DNA of 64,000 nucleotides, from assembly GCF_006345805.1 (NCBI RefSeq), contig NC_042997.1, positions 9,300,001 to 9,364,000 on the forward strand, written 5' to 3'. The stretch comes from Octopus sinensis. Lineage: Eukaryota. The notes below the pieces were generated by a model. The model saw only the letters and a list, made by a program, of their open reading frames with translations, did not search any database and was not told where the DNA came from. Both the position numbers and the translations under genes were made by a program. Shown piece after piece: positions 52,020 to 63,134 of this stretch (within the stretch, counting starts at the first letter, position 1; each line of letters opens with the position of its first letter).

Positions 52020-53030
52020 TGATCATCATCATCATCATTTAACGTCTGTTTTCCATGCTGGCCTGGGTTGGGTGGTTTGACTAGGGACTGGCAAGCCAGG
52101 AGCCTGCACCAAGGTCCAATCTGATCTGGCAAAGGTTTTTAAAGCTGGATACCCTTCCTAATGCCAACCACTCTGGGAGTGTAGTGGGTGCTTTTTATGT
52201 GCCATCGGCACAGGAGCCAGTCAGGGCTGGCATCGACCACATTTAGATGGTATTTTTTATGTGCCACCAGCACAGGGAGCCAGTCAGGCAGCACTGGCAT
52301 TGACCCACGCATGAATGGTGTTTATTGCATGCCACCAGCATGGGTGCCAGTCAGGTGGCACTGGCATCGGCCACAACTACAATTTCCATTTTGATTTCAA
52401 TTTGATTGAGATTCTGACAGTAATTTTGATTTTGATTTTACTTGACTCGTCATGCAGTTTGTTGCCTGATAATCCAAAGGTACTTTTTAAATGGGCTGGT
52501 TATGCGACACTGGCATAGGCTATGGCTGGGATCTCACTTTACTTTCCAGGTCTTCTCAATCACTGCATATCTGCAGAGGTCTCGGTCTCGGTCTCTTGTT
52601 ATTGCCTCTGTTGGACTCAATGTTTGAAGGTCATGCTTCACCACCTCATCCCATGTCTTCTTGGGTCTCCCTCTTCCACAGGTTCATTCCACTGTTAGGG
52701 AGTGACACTTCTTCACACAGCTCTCCACATCCATATGCAGCACATGCCCATACCAGCACAGTCCTCTCTCTTGCACACCACATCTGATGCTTCTTAAGTC
52801 CAACATTTCTCTCAGGGTGCTTACACTGTGTTGTGTGTGCACACTGACATTACACACCCAGCAGATCATACTAGCTTCATTTCTTTCAAGCCTTCGCACG
52901 TCTTCAGTGGTCAAGGCCCATGTTTCACTTCTATGTAGTATGTCAGTTTGCACACATGCATCATACAGTTTACCTTTCACTCTGAGCGAAAGGCCCTGTT
53001 TGTCCACAGCAGAGGTAGGAGCTTTCTGAA
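52020..53030 (-). mobile_element. 5'-truncated RTE LINE (RT C-terminus, 3' UTR, tail)
   Basis: KGKLYDACVQTDILHRSETWALTTEDVRRLERNE..WYGHVLHMD..CVKKC, followed by UTR and (GAT)n. Confidence 0.88.
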
Positions 53031-53039
53031 CTTTGTTCC

Positions 53040-53120
<81 letters not shown>

Positions 53121-53602
53121 TATATATACATATATAAATATATACACAGACACACACACACACATGCAAACACACACACACACATGCACAAACATACACA
53201 TGCACATATATACATATATATTCATGCTGATGCCTTGCAAAATAGGATTCATGCTGGTGCCACATAACAAGCACTTGTGTCAGCACCATGTAAAGGCTAC
53301 TCATGCCGGTGCCATATAAAAGCACTCATGCCAGCTCCATGTGCAATGCACACATGCCAATGCCATGTGGATGGCACTCGAGTCAGTGCCACATAAATAA
53401 CACCCTTGCCAGTGCCACATAAAAGCATCCATGCCACTTCCATATTAAAAGCACCCACCACACTCTGTAAAGTGGTTGGTGGTAGGAAGTACATTCCGCC
53501 ATAATAATAACCATGTTAAAACAGACAAATGGAACTTGGGCAACTCTCAGCTCCAGTCAAATCATCCAACCCATGCCAGCATGGAAAACATACGTTAAAT
53601 AA

Positions 53603-53639
<37 letters not shown>

Positions 53640-53717
53640 AAGAGCATAAAGATTCAAGTTAATTTAAATGAAACGATCGTACTAAAAACCTATCCATTCT
53701 TGTTGCTTCTTTCTCGC

Positions 53718-53773
<56 letters not shown>

Positions 53774-54686
53774 AGACGTTAAATAATGATATATATATGG
53801 CAAAGGTGTTATTTATGTGGCACTGACACGAGTGCCATCCACATGGCATTGGCATGTGTGCATTACACATGGAGCTGGCATGAGTGCTTTTATATGGCAC
53901 CGGCATGAGTAGCCTTTACATGGTGCTGACACAGTGCTTGTTATGTGGCACCAGCATGAATATATATGTATATATATATACATCATATATATATATATAT
54001 CTATATATATATACATCATTATTTAATTGATTTGTGGAAGCACCTATATATGCCAGCTAGTAGCAGAGGTGAGAGGGTATATGCATCAAATGAAATAAAA
54101 AACAGAACACAAAGGATGTCGCGGTACACATGCTTCAAGCTTTATACAACAACCTATTATTTTTTTTTGTGCTGGGGTTCCTTGAGATATGTAATTTATT
54201 TTAAGGGTTACACATGTTTTTTTATTTCATTTATGCATATACCCTCTCACCTCTGCTACTAGCTGGCACATACAGGTGCTTACACAAATCAATTACATAA
54301 TGATATATATATACAAATTGATTTGCCTAATAGTGGTTTTATCTCTAATTTAATTTATATATATATATACATACATACATACATACATATATATATATAT
54401 ATACACATATATATATATATATATCTGTGCGTGTGTGTCTTTGTGTGCATGTGTGTGTATACATAGTTTATTCTTCTATACTTTTACTTGTTTCAGTTAT
54501 TTGACAGCAGTCATGTTGGAGCACCAGAACATATTCTTTGTAAGCCTAGTACTTATTCTATCGTTTTTTTTCTTTTTGATGAAACGCTAAGTTGTGGGGG
54601 ACATAAACACACCAGCATCGGTTGTCAAGCGATGTTGGGAGAAAAAACACAGGCACACAATCATATACACACAAAAACATATATAA

Positions 54687-54731
<45 letters not shown>

Positions 54732-54765
54732 AAATACATGCGTTCTTGTCCCATTTTGTATTTTT

Positions 54766-54801
<36 letters not shown>

Positions 54802-55433
54802 GTATGTATCTACGTATGTATGTATATAATTTCATTTTTATATACACTGTATTAAAATAAGAGTTACTAATACTTTTTTGCCACTGAGATGCATGGCTAA
54901 GCAGATTTTTATAATGTGTCTTGTGTCTGCAAGCAATCCACAGACTCTACGCCATTGTTTCTCAGCATTTCTTCCTTTGCGCAACCCTTAAAATAAATTA
55001 CATATCTCAAGGAACCCCAGCACACAAAAAAAAATTATATACCATGTCTTTCTCATATTGTAAATATCATATATATCATATGATATCAAATATCATACAT
55101 ATATATATTTTCCATCTTAACTCAGTATGACTTGTCAATCACCACTAACAATAATGAGCTTTGTACATTCAAACAAATTGATATAAAGTCTTAATATTAT
55201 TGACTGCTATGAACATTTAGTCCTGATGATTCATAAATTTATCTGTTTTGAACATTCTAATTTTTCAACAGTGAAACTTTTAAAGATGTTTTTCTCATTC
55301 ATAATTTTAAACCTTTCTCCTTTGATAAACAAAAAAATATTGCTGAAACTAATTTCGTATATATGTAAATAAACGTATTTTAAACAATTATGAGTTTTTC
55401 AAATTTAGGTGCATTTTCAACAACACATTTGCC

Positions 55434-55469
<36 letters not shown>

Positions 55470-56619
55470 CTGGTTTAAGAAAAAACTTCATAATTTTTGT
55501 CAAATTTATTGGTAATGCTAGATAAGATTCATACTGCTCATTTATGATGCCTCATCACAGGGTTTCCATTCACACACACAAAAAAAGTCTAAACTTAAAC
55601 ATTATAGATAAACATAAGTAACCAATATCATATACCTATAATGCATAAATGTAAATGGAATGAAAACAGATAATTGAGTACTAATTTATTATTTATTCAT
55701 CCTTTACTAGCAATGTTGAAACGACAAAAGATAAATCAAAGCAAAATGTACTGTGAACCAATAAATTATTCAAGGAAAAGTTATTCTCAAAGCCATTTGA
55801 TAAAGTGAGATGTGCTTCTCTAATGTGAAACCTGTGCCTGTCTTTTGCTACACAAACACTTAATTAAAGGTTGAACTCGAGATAAACACGCACAGATTTC
55901 ATTTTCAATTGGAAGAAGACGATTTCTGTCTTTGCTATTGATATTTGTTAAGTAAGAAAAGGCTTGCTCACACTTGTAAGAGGATGAAAACTGCAGCATT
56001 ATGTTTATTGCTTTCCTATGAATGGTACGATATTCTTACACAGAAATCCAGCACTTGTCCAAAGATAAGTCTGTAAATCTTATTTTGAGTGTATGATCAC
56101 ACTGCAACTCACAATGATCTACTTCTTTTAGTGTCAGGTTCTCAGGATGACCAGGAAAGTTAGAGTATGGATCCCTCACCCAGTCATATACCTGCATTGA
56201 AAAGGAAGGAAAGTAATTTTCAATTCTGACATGTAATTCAACCAGGTGTGAGTCAATAAAACTCAAAATTTTCTGATATCCCTTTTCACTTCTAAGCCCA
56301 TGAAGTAGCGGAAATATCTCAAAATTTCCTTTTGCTACATGTTTTCTCCACAGATTCAATTTTCTCTTAAATGCAAGAATTTTATCTCTTGAAGCCAGTA
56401 TATTTTCTCTCGGGCATTGCAGTGACTTGTTCGGTTGATTCATGTGATGAAAAATATTTGATATGTAGCTTAACTTATTGGTTTCCTGAAAGTAGTTCTG
56501 CAACTCATCTCTCAGCTCAAAAACCCTATTTAAAACATTTCCTCTACTCAGCCACCAGATTTCCATATATTACAAAAGATTTATGTGTTCTTTGTCCAGG
56601 CTTTCACACAGTCTTTTAA

Positions 56620-56839
56620 CCCTTTCGTTACTGTATTTATTTTGAGATGCTCTGCGTTTCTTTCAGTTACTTCAAATATAACAAAGAATTTAGTAAAATA
56701 ACTTAGTTATCATTAAGCTAGTGTTAGGAGCATAAATTGTGACAATGGTTTGGTGGAAGATTTTAATTCAAAACTTATGCAAACAAGATATTTGTACTCA
56801 GAGCCAGAGCCGAGTTCAGCTGGGTTGGTAATGAAAGGG
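56620..56839. mobile_element. piggyBac-type MITE inserted in the hAT transposase
   Basis: TTAA|CCCTTTCGTTAC..GTAATGAAAGGG|TTAA; removing it restores RMFKRLCESLDKEH. Confidence 0.88.
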
Positions 56840-57937
56840 TTAAACATTCTGGAGTTGACTAGTCTTTGTTTAATAAAGTTGACCATTTTTGTAGCATTGT
56901 CAAAAACTTTTTTCAATTCATCTGCAAGTGATTTTGAAACTGAGACTTCTTTGTAAAGAAAGCAGGATGTTGAGATTATATCAGGATTTTCTTGTTTTAC
57001 AAGAGAAGTGAAACCTTTTATGTAGCCAACCATTGATGGGGCACCATCAGTACAAATGCAAACAGAGTCCTTCCAGGAAAGATGTCTTGTTTCCAGATAT
57101 GAGGACAAAATATTAACTACATCTATTCCTTTGCTTGTCTCAGGCAGTTCCATGTTGCATAGGAAATTTTCTTGAATTTAACCCTCGTTGACAAATCTTA
57201 CAAAAACTACATAATTATTGGTAAGATCTGTTGACTCATCAACCTGAATGGAAAAACTACTATTTTTCAATTTGTCATGCAAAACCTCTTCAATATCATG
57301 TGCCATATCATCAATGCATCGACTTGCTGTAGTATGTGAAAGTGGAACATATTCAATTTCTTGTAGTGTATTTTGCCCAAGCATTTTACTGACTATAATT
57401 TTATAAGCCGGCAGTATTAAGTTCTCACCAACTGTGTGACTTTTCCTTTTCTGCGCAATAATTTCTGCTACCAAATAACTTGCTTCAAGAGCCTTTTCAC
57501 TGACACTAACTTTACTCCCAAAAGCTGTACTCTGTTTCTTCTAAGATTCCAACAGGCTTTTAAAAAAATCTACACTTCGACCTTTCATATGACTGTGATT
57601 TGTTGTGATGTGTGTCTTTTTAGTTTATCTAAAAACATTGCTGTATTTGAAATTTGGAATAGGAGAACTTGGATCACCGGTCCACATGAAGCCCATTGAT
57701 AAAAAAACTTTCATCATAAAGACAGATCTTCTTTCTTTCCGTTGTTGAACTACTAGTGCAGTGGAATTGGTCAGGAGCTTGTGGCTCTTCATCCAAATTT
57801 ACAGAACGTTTCCTCTTCAAAAGCCACCACATTGGGTTCTTAGGTATTTCTGTAAAAATAAAGGAACATAAACAAGGGGTCCATAAATTACAGACATCAT
57901 TAAATATATCCCCAACGGTTGTTATATTTTTTGGATT

Positions 57938-58212
57938 ACATCATCATCATCCTCGTTTAACATCCGCTTTCCATGCTAGCATGGGTTGGACGATTTTGAC
58001 TGAGGGCTGGCAAACCAGATGGTTGCACCAGGCTCCAATCTTGATTTGGCAGATTTTCTACAGCTGGATGCCCTTCCTAATGCCAACCACTCCAAGAGTG
58101 TAGTGGGTGCTTTTTACGTGCCACCGGCATGGGGGCCAGTCAGAAGGTACTGGCAACAACCTCGCTTGAATCTTTTTACACATGCCACCGGCACAGGTGC
58201 CAGTAAGGCGAC
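57938..58212 (-). mobile_element. RTE LINE 3' tail nested in the hAT leader
   Basis: (CAT)n plus reverse-complement tail. Confidence 0.8.
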
Positions 58213-58939
58213 TTTTTACATAATTGGTTATATCGGATGATGTCTATATTACAATATTACAATAACCAATAATATGTTGTGCATTTATAGTAATATTACA
58301 ATCATGAAATTAGCATTAGTTTATATCACTCTTTCTCCCAGAACCCCTAGGAACCTATTGTAGAACCCTAGGGTTCCAGGGAACCCTGGTTAAGAAATGC
58401 TGCTCTAAGTACATGGTTTATTCTATTTGAAAAAAAGGCATTGGTACATGAGAAACTATGAGAAAGAAACAAGAAGGTTAATGCAAAAAGTAGAATGAGA
58501 AGACAAAGAGTGAATAAAAATGGGAAAAACTAAAGAAACGAAATTAGAGCTGTTCCCTTTGATCACAAAAGTAAATAAACTAGTCAGTGTAAAATAACTC
58601 GACATCCCTCTCTCTCTCTTTCGGAGAGGCACAAGCACCTACACGCACATACACACACACGGCAGTAACTTCCGCCTGCTGAATTCAATCACAAGGCTTC
58701 GGTCGGCTCGGGGCTATAGCGGAAGACACCTACCCAAAGTGCCACACAGTGGGACTGAACCCGAAACCATATAGCTAGGAAGCAAGCTCCCTAACCACAC
58801 AGCCATGCCCGTGCCTACATATATGTATGAGCATACAAAAGGGATGTTAAATGATGATGGTAGTGGTGGTGGTGACGACAAAGATGACGACCATGATGAT
58901 GATGATAACAACAATGATGATGATGAAGCTAAGATCTGT

Positions 58940-59602
58940 ACGGAAGACGCAATGACTAGTGACCGAGACTTTTGGAAATATGCTGTGCTTGAGAAGACCC
59001 TGCCAGCCAAATGAGACCACAACCTCGTGGCCTATGCAAGGAGTGTAACCAGCCCACTTATGCGTAGCTTCCTTCAATGGACACTAAACTCTGCTTGTGA
59101 AGACCTGTTGAGGCAAGTGAAATTGAAATCAAATTTGATGACTGGCATCCGTCCTACTGGAGCACTAAGAGCACCATCTGAGCGTGATCATTGCCAGAGC
59201 AGCTAACTGGCTTCTGTGCCGGGAGCATGTAAAAGGCACCATTCAAGCGTGATCGTTACCAGCGTCGTCTTACTGGCACTTGTGCCAGTGGCATGCAGAA
59301 AAACATTTGAGCGAGGTCATTGCCAGTGCTGCTGGACTGGCTCCTGTGCAGGTGGCATGTAAAAAAATACCATTTGAGTGTGGCTGTTCCCAGTACTGCC
59401 TGACTGGCCCTCGTGCCAGTGGCATGTAAAAGCACCCACTATACTCTCGGAGTGGTTGGCGTTAGGAAGGGGCATTGCTGTAAAAACTCTGCCAGATCAA
59501 GATTGGAGCCTAGTGCAGCCATCTGGTTCGCCAGTCCTCAGTCAAATCGTCCAACCCATGCTAGCATGGAAAGCAGACGTTAAACAATGATGATGATGAT
59601 GA
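58940..59602 (+). mobile_element. 5'-truncated RTE LINE (RT end plus full 3' UTR)
   Basis: TEDAMTSDRDFWKYAVLEKT, UTR modules, (GAT)n tail. Confidence 0.85.
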
Positions 59603-59708
59603 TCTATATAGAAAAAATGTTTTTCTATATAGATCCTTCTCAAATTAGACTTAGAATCCTTAAAGTTTATCCTCAACAATATTGGAAGGTGTAAAAATAT
59701 ATTCTTAG

Positions 59709-59997
59709 ACTTACAACAGCAGCATTTCATTACATTACATGTGTCTGGTGCCTAATAAACCAGGGTCTTTATTACTTTATGTGTGAAAATAAATATTCCA
59801 AGTTGGAAACCAATCTGGAGACTATGTGCTTACCCATGAATAAGATACCTGATAAAGATCATAGGTTGAACAAATTGGAACATTGCATAGGTATAAATAC
59901 ATTTCAAAATATTTTCATCTTTGAACAAGAGGCTAATAGTCCAAAACATTGTAATATTATTAACAATAAATCATCTGAAATCACTGAAGATATTTAG
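59709..59997 (+). CDS. Candidate (terminal?) exon LTTAAFHYITCVWCLINQGLYYFMCENKYSKL..EDI*
   Basis: Acceptor TATATTCTTAG; 95 open codons in AT-rich non-repeat DNA; optional donor ATAG|GTATAA at 59890. Confidence 0.35.
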
Positions 59998-60572
59998 AAG
60001 CAGGTGTGGTTTTTAAATGACAAATAGTCTTAGGATTGATTGAGTATTTATTTTCAGTTAGTTGTGATGTCAGAAATACACAAGTCACCATTTTAAAAAA
60101 GTCATGTTTTTGTTAAGAAATGTTTGAATGAATGATTACAAGAAAATAGAAATAACACGAGGGAGTGGTGATAATAATTATGTGAGAAGGAAAAATAAAA
60201 AAAAAATTAAAATTCTGAAAAAAATTACAATATAAATTTCAATTAATCAACTTTAAAATATTTTTCGTTTTTTTATATATTTGTTTAATTTATTGGTTGG
60301 TTGGCTGGCTGGCTGGTTGGTTCATGGTTTGGTGGGGGACTTTTATTTCTTTAATCCCCTCCCCCACATCTAACTCCACACCATCATATCCTGTTTATTG
60401 AAAATATTACTTTTAATTAATTTGATTCTTGTTATCGTATGACAAATTGCTTGATAAACCATCTTTCGGAGAACAGATTGCTGAATATTTCGTGGCATAT
60501 AATCAAAAATGTCGAGATTTATCAGGAAAAAAGTGAAAAAAAAGTGCAGATTAAAGTATGATAGCTCTAATG

Positions 60573-60613
<41 letters not shown>

Positions 60614-61329
60614 TATAATGATAATAATAATAATAACAACAACAACTACATTTTCTTTAAATAATTTATTTCATTTTCAACAAGGCCCCCAAGTCATTGG
60701 AGACTATACAAAGAAAGAATAAAAAAAGAAAAGTAAATGAGGAATTAACATTGAATAAAAAACTGAGATTAATAATACCAGTAAAAACAATAATAATAAT
60801 AATAATAATAATGAAGAGGAGGTGGAAGAAGATGATAACAATAATGGTTTCGAATTCTGCTAAATCATCATCATCCACATGCATATATGTATGTATGTGA
60901 GTATGTATGCTTGTATGGGTGTCTGTGTCTTTATTTCAGCATTGCCATCATTATCATTTGACATTCACTTTTCCATACAGAATTTTCTAAGACACATTTT
61001 CTATAGTTTGATGTTCTTCCTATTCACAACCCATTCCTGTTTCCAAGTAAGGTAATATTTTTCCATGACTGGATACCTTTGCAAGGAAGATTAGAAGCAA
61101 AGGGTACTGCTTGTATGACAGTGACATTTACAACCACCACATGATGTCAAAGAAGGAGACACTTAACCCCCCCCCCCACACACACACACATGCTTGTGTG
61201 TGCATGCGCGCAGTGTGATTCTTTCAGTTTCTGGCCATCGGATCCACTCACAAGGTTTTAGTCAGACCAGGGTTATAGTAAAAGACAATTGCCCAAGATG
61301 CCATGCAATGGGACTAAACCTCTAGGAGT

Positions 61330-61630
61330 AAACTTGTGTGGCCGATGCCAGTGCCGCCTTGTCTGGCTTCTCTGTTGATGGCACGTAAAAAGCACCAACC
61401 AATCGTGGGCATTTCTGGCCTCCCCTGGCACTTGTGCCGGTGGCATGTAAAAAGCACCCACTACACTCACGGAGTGGTTGGTGTTAGGAAGGGCCTCCAG
61501 CTGTAGAAACACTGCCAGATCAGACTTCTGACTGGTGCAGCCTCATGGCTTCCCAGACCCCGGTCGAACTGTCCAACCCATGCTAGCATGGAAAACGGAC
61601 GTAAAACGATGATGATAATAATGATGATGA
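61330..61630 (+). mobile_element. RTE LINE 3' UTR and tail
   Basis: Conserved tail plus (GAT)n. Confidence 0.8.
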
Positions 61631-61654
61631 TGATTATATATATATATCTTTTAT

Positions 61655-62037
61655 CTTTCACTTGATTCAGTCATTAGACTGCTACCATGCTGGGGCACTG
61701 CCTCGAAGAACTTTTGTCGAATGAATCGAACTCAACACTTAATTTTTTCCTGAGCCTGGTACTTATTCTATCAGTTACATTTGGTAAACTGCTAAGTTAC
61801 ATGGACATAACACCAACACCAGTTGTCAAGCAATGGTGGGGGACAAACAAAAACACAGAGACACACACACACATATATGACGGGCTTCTTCCAGTTTCTG
61901 TGTATCACATTCACTCACAAGGCTTTGGTCAGCCTGAGGCTATAGTACAAGATATTTGCCCAGGGTGTCATGCTGAGGGACTGAACCCAGAACCATGTGG
62001 TTAGGAAGCAAGCTTCTTACCACATAGTCCCACCTGT
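61655..62037 (-). mobile_element. CORE-like SINE (family B), decayed
   Basis: Reverse copy. Confidence 0.78.
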
Positions 62038-62166
62038 GCTTATATATATTTATATATATATATATATGTATCTCTTCATCTCTTCATCCTTCCTCCCCCT
62101 CCTAAACTACCCTGTCCCTCTCCCATGTCTTCTATATGCCCCCGTCTTCGATAACCACCATCGCCA

Positions 62167-62174
62167 TATATAAA
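62167..62174 (+). promoter_or_regulatory. TATA-like box upstream of the RTE leader array
   Basis: TATATAAA in a CpG-containing segment ~170 bp before the tandem array; function inferred only. Confidence 0.25.
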
Positions 62175-62339
62175 CCAGCGACCGCAAATCGCTAAGCCCA
62201 CTCGCTTTCGACTCCACTACGAATGCACAGCTCATGAACGGCTAAAGTTAAGATTTCTTCTTTCAACCTCGCTCCTACTACCCTCTGCACGTATAATCAC
62301 TATTCCTTCAGTTCCTTCAATTTCTCTCTCATATTTTCC

Positions 62340-63079
62340 TTCAAATTGACTCTCTGATACTTTCAAACCTACTTTCTTGCTATCACGATTTTCAGTACCC
62401 TCTATTCAATTTTCTTTCTTTCAGTTTTCAACATACCATTCATGTATGTTTTTCGTTTAGCTCTGTCTCGTCTCCCTATTTGCTCCCGTTTCATAGCCAC
62501 TCATCGTCTCCCCTAAAAATTGACTTCTCTGATACTTCAAACCCTTTCTTGCTATCACGATTTTCAGTACCCTCTATTCATATTTTCTTTCAGTTTTCAA
62601 CATACCATTCATGTAATGTTTTTCGTTTAGCCTTGTCTCGTCTCCCTATTTGCTCCCGTTTCATAGCCACTCGTCGTCCCCCTAAAAAATTGACTCCTCT
62701 TTCTTTCAAACCTACTTTCTGCTATCATCACGATTTTCAGTACCCTCTATTCATATTTTCTTTCAGTTTTCAACATACCATTCATGTAATGTTTTTCGTT
62801 TAGCCTTGTCTCGTCTCCCTATTTGCTCCGTTTCATAGCCACTCATCGTCTCCCCTAAAAATTGACTTCTCTGATACTTTCAAACCTACTTTCTTGCTAT
62901 CACGATTTTCAGTACCCTCTATTCATATTTTCTTTCAGTTTTCAACATACCATTCATGTAATGTTTTACGTTTAGCCTTGTCTCGTCTCCCTATTGCTCC
63001 CGTTTCATAGCCACTCATCGTCTCCCCTAAAAATTGACTTCTCTGATACTTTCAAACCTACTTTCTTGCTATCACGATT
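62340..63079 (+). repeat. Tandem array of ~172-bp pyrimidine-rich monomers (4 full plus 1 partial)
   Basis: TTGAC anchors at 62346, 62520, 62690, 62862, 63034. Confidence 0.93.
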
Positions 63080-63134
63080 AACAGAATCCTCTTGCTAGTT
63101 TGGGGTTGACCAGCCCCACCCACCCCCTCCACAC

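Larger units (their letters stand above)
54953..58402 (-). mobile_element. Decayed hAT Buster-family transposon (ZBED8/FAM200-like transposase)
   Basis: KSHTVGENLILPA, FSIQVDEST, ICTDGAPSMVG, EIWWLSRGNVLNRVFEL; termini CATTGTTTCTCAGC / GGTTAAGAAATGCTG; TSD-like CTCTACGC / CTCTAAGT. Confidence 0.85.

Noticed and set aside
62140-62340. HDV-like ribozyme at the RTE 5' end (known from some RTE elements)
   Set aside because: Could not assemble the nested double pseudoknot by eye; needs an RNAMotif/Infernal search
62340-63079. 172-bp array as a CRISPR or coding repeat
   Set aside because: Units are contiguous without spacers, and frames are broken between units
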